Of a stretch of 63,737 nucleotides of DNA, positions 25,769-39,592 are shown in pieces; positions within the stretch are counted from its first letter, which is position 1; every line of letters starts with the position of its first letter. The notes beneath the pieces were generated by a model. It worked only from the letters and a program-made list of their open reading frames with translations. It made no database searches and was not told the origin of the DNA. Both the position numbers and the translations under genes were made by a program. Source of the stretch: Chiloscyllium plagiosum. Lineage: Eukaryota. Where the stretch lies: the NCBI RefSeq assembly GCF_004010195.1, contig NC_057750.1:18923860-18987596 (forward strand), given 5' to 3'.

Positions 25769-27981
25769 CTTTTTTACGTTATTCTTTTCCTGTATGAACG
25801 CGAACAGAGTCCAATCTTGTCTGGAACTGGAACCAGCTGCTTTCAAATCAACGAGAGAAACCTGACGGATTCAGGAAATGACTTAGGTGTGCACACGGCC
25901 CTCCCACTCAGATGGAAAACCCCGTCTCTCCCTCTCTCTATCTGGCAGTGAAAGTGGTGAACAGGAGGTTTCCAAAGGGAAGAGTTAGTAGACGAAACAG
26001 TGACAGATACAGCTCAAGGTGGGGTTCTGTTGATTTGTGGGATGCGTGAACCACAGTTGCCTGATATTGGCAGTCGACAATTTGTAGCAATAGTTGATAT
26101 TTTGTTGAATTTGTAAAGAAGCAGCAGTTTCATTTGATTAAGAAAATATCGGACCGTGACATACGAGAACAGTTCACCGATCCCGAAATCCTTCTGTAGA
26201 ATGGAGGAGAGTGAGCAGTGGTTTTGGATCATGCCTGAAGCTTTGGTGATACTCTTTGCTAATAAAAGACTTGTTTGACTCTCGGGTTGATTACTTACGA
26301 GGCATTCTATTTTACTGAATTTGCCTTTGCCTCAGGAATGTAGAGGGGCTGTTACTATTTTGTAACAGTTCATTAGTAATTTTTGGAGAATTCATGGTCA
26401 TCTCCCAACTGTATGATTTCATTTCCCTGGACCCTCTCATTTTTTCGAGGTGATTTCTTCACTCAGTGAACTTGTGAAATTCTCCATTATGGAAGGCTGT
26501 GGAGGCCTAGTCACTGAATATATTCAAGAAAGAGATAGTATATTTTTAATTCCAAAGACGTCAGGGTTTTGGGGGAGAAAGCAGGAATTTGGTATGAAAC
26601 AGGGTCATCCGTGATCATATTGAATAGCAGATTCGACTCGAAGGTATGAACTGCTTACCAGCGGTGATCCCAGCGATGATCTTTCGATGTTCAACGGTTA
26701 AAGTTGAAACAAGTTACTTAAGTCTCCCATGGCGGCGAAAGTTGAAAGATTAACGGACATATAGAATGTAAGGAGGACTTATTCGCCTTCACGGAGTTTT
26801 GCTCCCTCAGTCAAGATGTCTCGCATTTACTCTCTCCCCAAAGCGCAGCCAATGCTGCTGGTCAGTTCAAAACGGAAACTAATATATTTTAATCGGGTCA
26901 CTGTGTAAACGAATGGTTAGTGGATGTGAGTAGACTGAATTTACGCATTGCTCCACTCTGGTCTATTTGATTGCCAGCGCAAGCTTGAGGGACAATTTGG
27001 TCTCTGTTCCTGTCCAACCCCAGGTGCATTTCATGGTGCAAAAGCGCCCTCTATTGCACCAATAGAAAAATAATGTAAATTCCTCCTGGTGTCTTTTCAC
27101 TGATATCTTCCGATTTCCATTATTATCCCTTCCTTTTTCTATCAATTGCTTCTTTTCAGTGCATTCTTCTGAATCCATTCTGTGTATCTCCGAATTCCAC
27201 ATTCTTGCACTCTCGGAAAAAAAGGTTTCTCCTGACTTCCCGTTCGGATTTACTTTTAGGGACTGTCGTGACGTCGAGTTTAGAAGTTCCTCAGAGCCTA
27301 AACTATTGATACAACTTTTCAACAGCTTCCTGCTTTTCAACACATACGATCCTAGTCAAACTTTCTTGGCGTTTGAAAGTTTTCTCTTTATTCAATTTCA
27401 TGCTCACCCTCAACACTATCACACTACCAAGAAGGATGTATCGACTTTGAGAGGTTGCAGAAAAGAGAACGTTGCTTGTCTTGGGAGGTATTGAAGCGTC
27501 AGAGGATGAAGGGCGGTGTGATGGAAGTTTATAAAATTGAGGGGCATGAATAGAATGGACAGTCTTTTTCCCTCAGGGTAGAAATGTCATTTACTTGGAG
27601 TCATAAGTTTAAGGTAAAAAGGAGTAAGTTTAAAGGAAGTGTGACAGGCAAGTTTTTGTTCAAAAAAAAACCTCAGGCTGCTAAGTGCTGGAGTGCACTA
27701 GTACAGCAGGCGCTGGAGGCGGATGCAACAGCAACTTTTAAGAGTCATCTTGACGTATACACGAAGAGACAGGGAATGCAGCGTAGAGGTTTCCAGTTCA
27801 GAAAGGCGTCGTGTGTCGAGACAGAGTTGAAGGATTTGTTCCTGTGCTCCATGTTTTGTGTTAACAATATCTCTACACATCATTACTTTTTTTATTCCTG
27901 CCCTTGTTGCCCATAATTTTACAAAACCAGGAAAATATCGTTGGGTTTTGATGATAACAGTTGCTTCCTGTTACCGTTTGG

Positions 27982-28308
27982 GGTTTTTGTTGGCTGCCCT
28001 CCACATTGCACTCCAGTTTCACTCCCTCTCCGGGAAATTTGGAGACGGCGGCGGGGTTCTGGTGGATAGTCTCTGATTTCACATCTGAGGAAAAGACGGG
28101 GAGAGGAAGAGGTCAGTAATTGGGGATAGAGTCGTGGAGAAAGAAAAAAGAAACGTACCGAATGTAGAAAAGGTGGTGTACAGCGAAATAGAGTGAGAGC
28201 AGGAGTGCAGGATAGCCGGTTGAAAGAAATGTACAGGTTGAAATATGATTGTAAATTAGACAGTCCCTTACGGTGAAACGCGACGAGCAGAGTCAACAAC
28301 AGATACAT
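27982..28308 (-). pseudogene. TRBV: TCR V pseudogene, family C copy 2, internal deletion from CDR1 to the RSS spacer
   Basis: Leader 28272-28308 and FR1 (SETIHQNP..LECNVEGS) are joined directly to the nonamer at 27982-27990; heptamer absent. Confidence 0.9.
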
Positions 28309-28569
28309 CTTCCACTTTTTTTTAGCAATATTTATTGTTCGTGAGACAACATTAGAAATACAATGCACCTCCCTCTCCCTCTGATTGAGTGCCGAGCCCT
28401 TCTCTCTTACGCGCAATGATAGCCCCGCCCCAGGCCAGTTTCCGCCCCGCCTCTCCCATTCTGATTGGATGATCCGGAGCTGCCAGCAGTACGAACTACT
28501 CAACACACCTTGGTGATTGGCGGAGGGATAATATTGTGGAGGGGCCAGAGCTCAAATTCGCGAAAACCA

Positions 28570-31500
28570 TAACGAATGGCCATGTGGACAAAACTCAGCA
28601 AGAGGGAGGGTGCAATCACTATGTTGGAATTGTACTGTCAATAGTCAGCCGGTGATAGACGAACGGATATGTGGACAGAAAATGGGGGGATGCGGGGAGG
28701 GGAATGACAACAGGATTGCTGTGGTGGGTGATTTTAACTTCTATATTGACTGGGACTCGCTGAGTGCCTGTGGCATGAATGTCCAACTAGGGGAGGGACA
28801 TGTTCGGTCTGGAATTGGAGAAGGAGCCCTGTCACGTGATTAAAATTCAGTGGAGGAGCATTTTGAAAACAGTAACGCACATTCTGTAAGTTTTAAGTGG
28901 TACGGATATCAGTAGTACTCAAATAAAAAAAACTACATGGAGTCTAATTAACACAGATGACAGCTGTTTGACGATAAGTCTGGCAAGTGGGAATCTTTTA
29001 AAGACGAGTTGAATAGAGTTCAGGACCAGTTGGTTCTGATGGATGATAAGATTCATGAATCTTGGACACAAAAGGAAGTGAGAGATGACTCAAAGAGATC
29101 CCGAAGAATATCAAGATTGCAAGAATGAACTCAAACAAGCAATTAGGATGGATGAAAGTGGCCATAAAATATCTTTAGAAAACAGGATAATGGAAAATCC
29201 TAAGACATTTTGTACATAAGGAGCAAGAGGAGAGCTAGAATTAAAGTAGGTCCCCTCATAGACAAAGGAGAGAACGTGTGCATGGAGCGAGAAGAAGTGG
29301 ATGAGGTTCTTACTGAGTACTTTGCATTGGTATTCACAAAGGAGGAGGACATAGTGAATGGCCTGTCTCAGGAGGGTATGCTGATTTTCTGGGCCATATC
29401 AATATGAAAAAGGAGAAAGCTTTGAGAGTTTTAAAATGCATTAAGATAAACACACTCTCAGGATCTGATGGGTTCTATCTCAAAATATTGACGAAGACAG
29501 GTGAGGAAATTGCTGGGGCCTTGTATGAAATGCTTGTCTCCTCTTTAGTCTGGGAGTGATCCCAATGGACTGGAGAGTAGCCAGTCCTTTACTTAAGAAG
29601 AGTAGCAGGATTAAACCAAATTATAATTACATGCCACTGAGCTTTACATCAGTACCAGTGGAATTATTGTAGAAGATTCTTAGGGATAGGATTTACTCAC
29701 ATTTAGAAAAATATGGATGTACTACTGTTGTGTTTTGTAGTCAGTTTCTTTTTTTAATGAAGAAAGGTTGAGACAGACGTATCTGCTCCAAGCCCATAAA
29801 ATAAACAGCTTGTGAAGCCTTGTTTCTTTTTAAAGTTGCAACATTCAAAGCAGCCAAAATCCCAGAGAACCAGGAGTTTTAGTTTAGCTTTCAGTCGTTT
29901 TTGCTGGGAACCTGAAGCTGGATGTGAATGTTCTTATTCCTCAAGCCCATAAAATAAACAGCTTGTGAAGCCTTGTTTCTTTTTAAAGTTGCAACATTCA
30001 AAGCAGCCAAAATCCCAGAGAACTAGGAGTTTTAGTTTAGCTTTCAGTCGTTTTTGCTGGGAACCTGAAGCTGGATGTGAATGTTCTTATTCCTCTCTCT
30101 AGTGCAGCTAAAAGCTGGGGTTGTCTTCCTGCTGCTAGATCTACATGTGTGACAATCAATATTACTGCATTTGCCTTTGCAAGAGTGAGTTTATGGTTTG
30201 TTTCTACATCGAAACAGTTAATGAGCTGTTCAATATTTTGTTAAACGTCTCAATAGTTCCAGTTAAGCTAATTCTTTTATTTTATTTTAGAGTGTCTGTA
30301 TTTTAATCGTAATCTCTGAGTAAAGTGTGTTTTACTGTAGACCACAGTCTTGATCAACCGAATTTTCCCAGATTGCCTGCCCCTTGCTTTTACCATAAGG
30401 AAGTTAGGTTGTAGGCTATCTCCTTGACATGTTTTGAGGGGGTTTACTCCATAGCAATAAGCAGCATGGATTTGTGTAGGGAAGGTTGTATCTCACAAAC
30501 GTGACTGACCTTTTTTTTTTTAAGAAGTGACAAAGATGGTTAAGGGCAGGGCGGTAGATGTTGTCTATATGGGGTTGAGCAAGATCTTTGACGAATTGGG
30601 AGGATGATACAAAATGTGATGCCACATGCGATCTGCAGTGAGCTAGTACAGAGGAGTATGCAGAACTGGCTTAATCATAGAAGACAGAAAGTAGCAGTGG
30701 AAAGTTGTATTTCTGATTGGGGATTTGTGACCAGTGATGTTCTGCAAGGATCAGTGCAAGGAACCTTGTTGTTTGTAATACATATACAAATGATATGGAG
30801 GAAAATGTAGGTTGTCTGATTACTAGGTTTGTGGATCACACAACGATTGATGGAGCTGCGGATAGTGAGAAGGACTGATAGAAGATAGAGCAGGATATAG
30901 ATAGGCTGGAGGCAGGGGCACAGAATTGGTAGATGAAGTTTAATCTGGAAAATGTGAGGTGATCATATTTTGAAAGATCTAATGCAGAATGGAAGTATAC
31001 TGTAAGTGGCAGAACTCTTTGTTGCATCATAATACAGAGGGTTCTAAGTGTACAGGTCCACAATTCCCTGAAAGTGCCAACATAAGGTGGTCAAGAAGCA
31101 CAGAACATATTTGCTTTCATCAGTTATGACATAGATTTTACAAACTGGCAAGTACTGTTGCTGCTGTATAGAACTTCAGTTTGGTCATTTTTCAAATGTT
31201 GTGTACAATTCCAGTCACCACAATACTAACAGGATGTGGTGGCTTTTGAGAAGGTGCAGAAATGGTTTACCAGGATGTTGCCTAGTTTGAAGGATATTAA
31301 CAATGAGGAGATATTGGACAAACTTAATTTCTTTTCACTTGAACATTGAAGGATGAGGTGCAACCTAATAGAGGTTTATAAATTGAGAGATATGGATAGT
31401 TGGAGTCTTTTTCCCAGGGTAGAAATGCCAATTACTAGGTATGTTTTTTAACAAAAAGATGTGAGAGACATGTCTTTCAGAAAGAAGGTGGTAAATGTGT

Positions 31501-31600
31501 GTAATGCGCTGCCAGAGGTGGTGGTTCAAGCGGATACAATAACCACATTTTAAGATGCACCTGGCCAGATACATGAATAGGCAGAGGATAGAGATAGTCA
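28570..31600 (+). mobile_element. Old CR1 ORF2 remnant (cassette 2 copy)
   Basis: Collinear with 11800-16780; YIRSKR..VGPL, EYFALVF. Confidence 0.8.
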
Positions 31601-32848
31601 AGATTAGAGTGGTACTGGAAAAGCACAGTAGTTCAGGCAGCATTCGAGTAGTGGGAAAATCGAAGTAAATTGGTAAGGAAGCATTTTGGAAGGTAGATTG
31701 TGATGTGGAAAAATGCAGTAGTTTTGATTTTTTCAAGTCAAATATTTTAGGAGAGACCTGACCAGAGCACAATTTCAGGAGGCAGCAGAGTTCAGGCACA
31801 TAGCTGTTTATTCCAGCAATTACCGGTATCATGCATGGAGTGGCACTAGACAACTGCACACAGCACTGTGTCAAATGTACTCCAGCCTTGTGCAAGCAGA
31901 TTCTCAGTTTAACTATTTTCCTTGTTCCTCTCTGAAATCGCTGTGCACCTCTACTCCCCTGTGTAATATTGGGGAATGGTGCTGAGTTGTCAAACTGTGA
32001 TTGGATCTTTTTTACATCATTCTATGCCAACAATTTGCTTGCTGCTGTATGTTCAACTGCCAAGTAATTAGATAGGGGATTTTCAAGTTTCTCATCGCGG
32101 GAAATCCAAAGGAATATTGATTATTAATTAGTTCCAACAAACCTAAGTGGTTACACACAATGATAGATTCCCTTAAGCTCGCAAGTTGAATTTCAATGTG
32201 TTAATTCAATCCACACTCCGATGTCTGATCATTTCTGACTTTCCTGTAATGATTGGGTTGCTAGGGCGGGTGGGTGGGAGGGGTTTGGGGGGTGGGGGTC
32301 GAGCTTCTATTCTCTGAAAGCGGTTTGAATCTTTTTCTCTAATGCTTTTAGTTACCTTTTTGTATCTATGTGGATACATAATTACTTCTGAATCTCTATG
32401 TATGATTATCTGAAGGATCTTAACGATAACTTACCCGTAATATTGTGTCAGACTGATGAAATAATTCAAGAGAAACAACAAATTAGTGTAAAAGTTTCTT
32501 CTTATATAAATCACTGCACCTGCACATTCCATCCTAGCTAGTAGCCTTCATGACATAGACTTGCTATTTTCCATGTGTAGAGACTACATGAAAAAAAAAT
32601 TCTAAAGCTCTCTAATTTCTGTCAGCCATGTTCTTCAGTCATTTTGTGCTGCTCAGTTATGGGCTGCCTTAACAAACACAAAAGTAACATAGAATTAGAG
32701 AGACTGAAAAATACTGCAATACAGAAGGTTCTGGGTCTCCTCATGCATGAGCACGATCAGAAATACAAGTTGGTGTGGGGGAACAACAAGGATGAAACTT
32801 TATTGCTGGAACAGCACAGCAGGTCAGGCAGCATCTAGGGAACAGGAG

Positions 32849-32884
32849 ATTCGACGTTTCGGGCACATGCCCTTCTTCAGGAAT
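32849..32884 (-). ncRNA. Minimal type I hammerhead ribozyme motif
   Basis: AUUC-CUGAAGA-A-GGGCA U GUGCCC-GAAAC-GUC-GAAU: intact core, stem II, and stem I AUUC/GAAU. Confidence 0.6.
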
Positions 32885-34961
32885 GAGCAGAGAGTGTTCA
32901 GCAGGAGAAGATAAAAGGTAGGGAGGAGGGACTTGGAGGAGGGGCGTTGGAAATGTGATAGGTGGAAGTTTCAGCTTTGATCTCCAGCGTCTGCAGACCT
33001 CACTTTCTCCGGGAACAACAAGGAAACAAGCTCCAGGTATCCTAGTCAACCCCGAGAACACCATGACCAATAAAAAATTTCCATTACCATCAAATTACGA
33101 AGTTTCAAAGATTCCTTTGAATGTAAACCAGGTAGAAATGGTGTTGCCAAATGTAGCAGATGTTTAACCGACTTTGTGACAGGGAGCACACCAGGGTTAA
33201 CAGTGAACAGAGTGAATTATTCAAGCAATCCTGGCTTATACTAATCCACAGCTTGTGACCATCATAGCATCCAATCCACCTTCAGCCGGGTTGGCACAGT
33301 ATTCTTTCAGGTATAGGAAGATGAAACGCAGAAGCTTTCCTGATCAATCATTGAAACGGACCAACAACATGCAAGGATTGAAGTGGAAATTTTAGCGTGG
33401 GCATGCAAAAAAAAATCTGACGATGTAATAAGGCTGCAGTTTGAGATGAAAACGGGTTATAAACCATTGGTCACTCTGCTGAACACAAAATAGTGACAGC
33501 TAAGACATCACCCCAGAATTTAAGAGCTCAGATTGAGGCTGATAAGTTATTGCTTAGCCATTGAATCCGTGCAGGCGAAGTACTAGATACCATTCAGGAT
33601 AACAGAGTGAAAACAGGTTTCACCTTCACTTAGGAGGCTGAAGTCTAAATTTCAGAAGTCAGAAAAGATTTACCACCGACAGAAAGGTAACTAGATGTAT
33701 CAGGAAGCTGAAAAATGTGATGTAGAATGTGTCTTAAATAGCTGATGGAGCTGTTCAGGAAATTTAATCAATATTTCCCTCTTGCGCCAGTACTTGGAGC
33801 AATGTCGACACCTCACTCTCATCAATGACTTTCTAATATTCGAAGGGTAATTGGTGATACTAGGAGCAACAATAACCTGAGATTCTTCAGATAATTCACC
33901 TGGATCATTTCGTCATTACAAAGTGTCATTCAAGTGTGTTACTGTCAGTATGGTGGCCAGAGGTTCCTTAAGATTCAACTAAATAGTTTTTTCTTAAATT
34001 GATAAGGGTTAGGAATCATACAGCAGCATGTTGGAGACTTATTGCACTTAGATACCGTGCAGATGAATAAAAACAAAGGTCATATCGAGTGTAAGTCTGC
34101 ACTTGCAAAATACGCACCAGGTTGTGGATTCAATTGAATGTTTCAGCTTTCATGCTGGTGATGTTTGCTTGCAACTCTTTGTGATGCAATAAATATGAGA
34201 GAGACAGAAGAAAGAACTAATTGGTCATGATTACTAAACATTCGGAAGGCATTGAATCCCTCCAATGTGGAAATGGATTTTTCAGTCCAACAAGTTCAAA
34301 CCGACCCTTTGACAAGTTCCCACCCAGACCCGAACAGAACGCTTTGGGCAATGTATCATAGCCAATTCACCTAAGCTGTACATGTTGGGCTTGGGACGAA
34401 ACAAGCACAAGGAGGAAACCCACACAGACATGGGGAAAGTGTTCGAACTCCACACAGAGTCGCCCAAGCCTGGAAACGAACGCGGGTTCCTGATGCTGTG
34501 AGGCAGCAATGCTAACCACTGACCACAGCGCCACCCACACTGGCGCTGCGAATAGTTAAATAGCTTTTTGATATTTCTGAATTTTAACTTCAAGAAAAGT
34601 TGAGTACTTCCCACTTTTCCAGGATAAATCCAAGAACAACAAATGGTCTTTCTTCCTGCCCCAGATCATAAGGGGTGAATATCCTCTTCCTCCATCTATC
34701 TTCTTGTGGAACCATGGATGAGGCACAAGTGTCTGTCATTGACTTTGAGCGCCATCTGCTGACCCTGTGGATAAAGAAACATTCTTACTGTTCTCCGAGA
34801 GAACTGTCATCGACTTTCAGTTGCGGGCTCAACATTATTAATCCAATTCCAGTGCATTTAAACCTACTTTTTTTTTTAAAAAAAAGCAAGCCTATTCTCA
34901 TTCTAATGGACGTGGCCACTTTGTGCCTGATTTTGTTATATACAACTGTTTGTCTTTGGGA

Positions 34962-35000
34962 GGTTTTTGTTGAGCTGCTCCCTCTCTCTGCGTCACTGTG
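34962..35000 (-). other. 23-RSS of V A3
   Basis: CACAGTG (34994-35000), 23 nt, ACAAAAACC (34962-34970). Confidence 0.95.
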
Positions 35001-35441
35001 AAGACTCCAGGCGCAGTAATACACAGCTGAATGATTCGCTTGAAGGCTGGAGGACTTCAGGTTGAACACAGGAGCACTTGGTCGTTCCGCGGTGAAACCG
35101 TCCACTGTCCCGTCTGGAATCACATACTGTGTAGTACTGGAGTAAAACAATAGCTGCAGTTCCTTCCCAGGGTATTGTCTGTACCAGTACATGTAATCAT
35201 TACTGGCTACCTCAACCATGCACTTCAGTTCCACACTGTCACTAACAACTTTGGAAACAGATGGGGGAGTCTGGTGGACAGTCACTGAGTTCACGTCTGA
35301 GGAAGAGATACAGAGAAAGAAAGTCAATCAAATGTTTGGAGAACGTGAGATAAATTAAACAGATAACAATGTTATGAAAGGAAATATTAAATGGTATCAC
35401 TTACATCGAAATAAAATTATGAGGCACACAATCAGATGCAT
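35001..35441 (-). CDS. TRBV: TCR V gene segment, family A copy 3, apparently functional; leader 35405-35441, V exon 35001-35296
   Basis: Leader MHLIVCLIILFR, open V exon ending YYCAWS, canonical RSS. Confidence 0.9.
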
Positions 35442-38400
35442 CTTTTACTTCAAGTTTTCTTGTCGCCGAAAAATAGCCAAATGGAAAACCAATCACTTTA
35501 AAACGAAAGCTTTCAAATGACTTAGAAAATGTAAAGCGACACGGAAGTGACGCAGGTTTTAACAATATACCTCTTCCACTCTCTCTGGAATCCCAGCCCT
35601 CTCTCTCCATGAGTGTCTGAAGGAAAGCAGATAAGAGCAAGGGATTTCAAAGGAGACAGAGACAGTGGATGTCGGTGGACAATGCAGGGGCAGATGGCTT
35701 AATGTGGGCATAGACACATACTCATAGAAATGGAAACAGATCCTTCGGTCTAACTCGTCCATGTTGAACACATATCCTATACTAATCTTGTCCCATTTCC
35801 TCGCATTTGTCCCATATCTCTCAGGTTATCCATGATCTGCCAAAGTAAGAGAGGTCAGTGAACTACGAACTGTTAAAAAGCAAGTACCTCTAGAAATGTC
35901 AGTGAATTGCATTGTCTCCCATCGTAATGCATTTGGAATTTATGGATATTTTTAGAATATACCCTGAAATATAATCAAAGACAGTCTCTACTTCCAGAGA
36001 ACAGGATTCAACATGGAGGAAGTTATTGTTGAAAGCATTGAGCAGACTCCACAGAGAAAATGCATTTCAATCCTGGGCACATCCTGGGAGGACGGATAAG
36101 GCTTAGACGGACTGCTTAGTGGATACAGGAGCATGAGGGCTTTAAGGGCTTTAAGGATTCAACAGTCAGGACAATTTGCAAAAATATGTCTGTGTTGAAA
36201 ATTGAGGGTGATCTGCGCTTGAAGCTTTTTTTTCCACTTTGACACGAATATTCTCTCTCTGTCTGTGTAACACACACAGACGTACACACGCATACACAAA
36301 CACACGCGTGTGTGCTTGGGTGTATTATTTCATTTCAGATTCTTTTCTATTAACAAAATAAAACTGGTCCTCAACACAGACGAATTCAAAGTGGGCCACA
36401 CACCTAAAGTGCAGTGTCTAACCTGAGATAACACCCCCTGTACATTGATCAGGCCTTTAACTATCCGGGGACAAAAACTTGAAAGGAATCTGGATTTTGT
36501 ATTTTAATCAGTAGTCTACCTCCTAACTGGTTAAAGGAGTCAACCCAGACAGTGAGGTATAAAGTTGATAACTTTTTTTATTTATAAATATTGTTCTTAT
36601 GCCTCCCAATCAGACTACACCTGAGGAAGGAGCGGAGCTCCAAAAGCTTACAATTTTCAATAAACGTTTTGGATGATAACCAGGTATCATTTGATTTTTG
36701 ATCTTTTCCACCCCAGTCCAATTCCGGCATCTCCACATTATGATTAATATTTAGGGTGGGAGCTGGATTAATGAATCTAAGTTAATAACCAGATGTAACT
36801 ACATTAGACTGGTAAAGGGGACACAAGGGTCTCTATGAGGTTTATGATTCCTGTGCAACATGCTCGAAGGACACTCTCGGCTGTACAGTTGCTGAAAGAG
36901 AACGCCAGCTCTTTGTTTTGTTTCTTTCCACATTTGTTGCTGTAACATGTAATATGTTGACCCTAATTCGCCAACTGCTCAAAATGGACATGGTCTACTG
37001 GCTGAACGAGCTCAACCCGTGGAAATCATGTCGGACCCCATCAGTGTAGGACTGTATATGCTCCTTGTTAAATTTTGCTGACACCTCCTTCTGAATTCTA
37101 TGCCAACATATTCAATGCACAAAGTTAAAAATCACACAAGACCAGGTTATAGTCCAACAGGGTTAATTGAAAGCACACTAGCTAGACAATACCTGGAGGA
37201 AGAACGCCTCATCTTCCGCCTCGGAACACTTCAACCCCAGGGCATCAATGTGGATTTTAACAGTTTCCTCATTTCCCCTTCCCCCACCTCATCCTAGCTT
37301 CTAACCTCCAGAAACTCGATCCCCTGACCTGTCCGGACTTGTCCGACCTGCCCAGCTCCTTCTCCACCTATCCACTCCACCCTCTCCTCCCTGACCTATC
37401 ACCTTCATCTCCTTCCCCACTGACCTATTGTACTCTATGCCACTCTCTCCCACCCCCACCCTCCTCTAGCTTATCTCTCCACGCTTCAGGCATGGAAACA
37501 GATCCTTCGGTCTAACTCGTCCATGCTGACCAGATATCTTGAACAAATCTAGTCCCATTTCCTGCCACTTGTCCCACATCTCTCAGGTTATCCATGATCT
37601 GCCAAAATAAGAGAAGTCAATGAAGTACGAACTGTTAAAAAGCGAGTACCTCTAGAAATGTCAGTGAATTGCATTGTCTCCCATCGTAATGCATATGGAA
37701 TTTATGGATATTTTTAGAATATACCCTGAAATATAATCAAAGACCAGCCTCTATTTCCAGAGAACAGGATTCAACATGGAGGAAGTTATTGCTGAAAGCA
37801 TTGAGCAGACTCCACAGAGAAAATGCATTTCAATCCTGGGCACATCCTGGGAGGACGGATAAGGCTTAGAGGGAGTGCTTAGTGGATACAGGAGCATGAG
37901 GGCTTTAAGGGCTTTAAGGATTCAACAGTCAGGACAATTTGCAAAAATATGTCTGTGTTGAAAATTGAGGGTGATCTGCGCTTGAAGCTTTTTTTCCCAC
38001 TTTGACACGAATATTCTCTCTCTGTCTGTGTAACACACACAGACGCACACACGCATACACAAACACACGCCTGTGTGCTTGGGTGTATTATTTCATTTCA
38101 GATTCTTTTCTATTAACAAAATAAAACTGGTCCTCAACACAGACGGATTCAAAGTGGGCCTCACACCTAAAGTGCAATGTCTAACCTGAGATAACACCCC
38201 CTGTACATTGATCAGGCCTTTAACTATCCAGGGACAAAAACTTGAAAGGGATCTGGATTTTGTATTTGAATCAGCAGTCTACCTCCTAACTGGTTAAAGG
38301 AGTCAAGCCAGACAGTGAGGTTTAAAGTTGATAATTTTTTTTATTTATAAATATTGTTCTTATGCCTCCAAATCAGACTACACCTGAGGAAGGAGCGGAG

Positions 38401-38882
38401 CTCCAAAAGCTTACAATTTTCAATAAACGTTTTGGATGATAACCAGGTATCATTTGATTTTTGATCTTTCCCACCTCAGTTCAATTCCGGCATCTCCACA
38501 TTATGATTAATATTTAGGGTGGGAGGTGGATTAATGAATCTAAGTTAATAACCAGATGTAACTACAATAGACTGGTAAAGGGAACACAAGGGTCTCTATG
38601 AGGTTTATGATTCCTATGCGACATACTCGAAAGGCACCCTCGGTGGATAGTTGCTGAAAGAGAACTCCATCTCTTTGTTTTGTTTCTTTCCACATTTGTG
38701 GCTGTAACGTGTAATTTGTTGACCCCAATTTGCCAACTGATCAAAATGGACATGGTCTACTGGCTGAACGAGCTCAACCCGTGGAAATCATGTCGGATCC
38801 CATCAACGTAGGACTGGATATGCTCCTTGTTAAATTTTGCTGACACCTCCTTCTGAACTCTATGCCAACATATTCAATGCAC

Positions 38883-39288
38883 AAAGTTAAAAATCACACA
38901 ACACCAGGTTATAGTCCAACAGGGTTAATTGAAAGCTTACTAGCTAGACAATATTGTCTAGCTATCACCATTGTTAACAGCTAACCCGAGAATGCAACTT
39001 TTAAGAAAATGTTTTGTGATTTACACATGAAAGAAGTGAAACTATCACTGTATTCTAACAGTTGAAAGGCCTAACAGACAACCAATTCTTCAATGTATAA
39101 TTTCAGTTACATCACACTGTAAATTTTTGCGATAAATTCTGTGTTACGATCGAGCCCTCCACTATTACCTGATGAAGGAGCGTTGCTCCGAAAGCTAGTG
39201 TGTTTCCAATTAAACCTGTTGGACTATAACCTGGTGTTGTGCGATTTTTAATTTTGTACACCCCAGTCCAATACCGGCATCTCCAAAT
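38883..39288 (+). mobile_element. Non-autonomous Penelope-derived insertion with inverted ends, hammerhead core and 14-bp TSD
   Basis: CATATTCAATGCAC at 38869-38882 and 39289-39302; empty site at about 21784-21797; inverted repeat 38883-38945 / 39193-39255. Confidence 0.7.
39166..39200 (+). ncRNA. Minimal type I hammerhead ribozyme motif
   Basis: UAC-CUGAUGA-A-GGAGC GUU GCUCC-GAAAG-CUA-GUG. Confidence 0.55.
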
Positions 39289-39334
39289 CATATTCAATGC
39301 ACCGTTCCGTCTTGTCTAACTCACGTTAACTCAC

Positions 39335-39592
39335 AATACCCGGGTACCAGGTACGATTCCAGCCTCGGGCGACTGACTGTGTAGAGTTTGCACATTCTCC
39401 TGTGTCTGCGTGGGTTTTCTCCCACAGTCCAAAGATGTGCAGGTCAGGTGAATTGGCCTTGCTAAATTTCCCATAGTGGTAGGTGCATTAGTCAGAGAGA
39501 AATGGGTCTGGGTGGGTTACTCTTCGGAGGGTCGGTGTGGACTGGTTGGGCCGAAGGGCCTCTTTCCACACTTGCGGGAATCTAATCTAATC
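39335..39592 (+). mobile_element. HE1-like SINE, 5' truncated
   Basis: B-box-like GGTACGATTCC, SINE body and (ATCTA)n tail. Confidence 0.75.
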
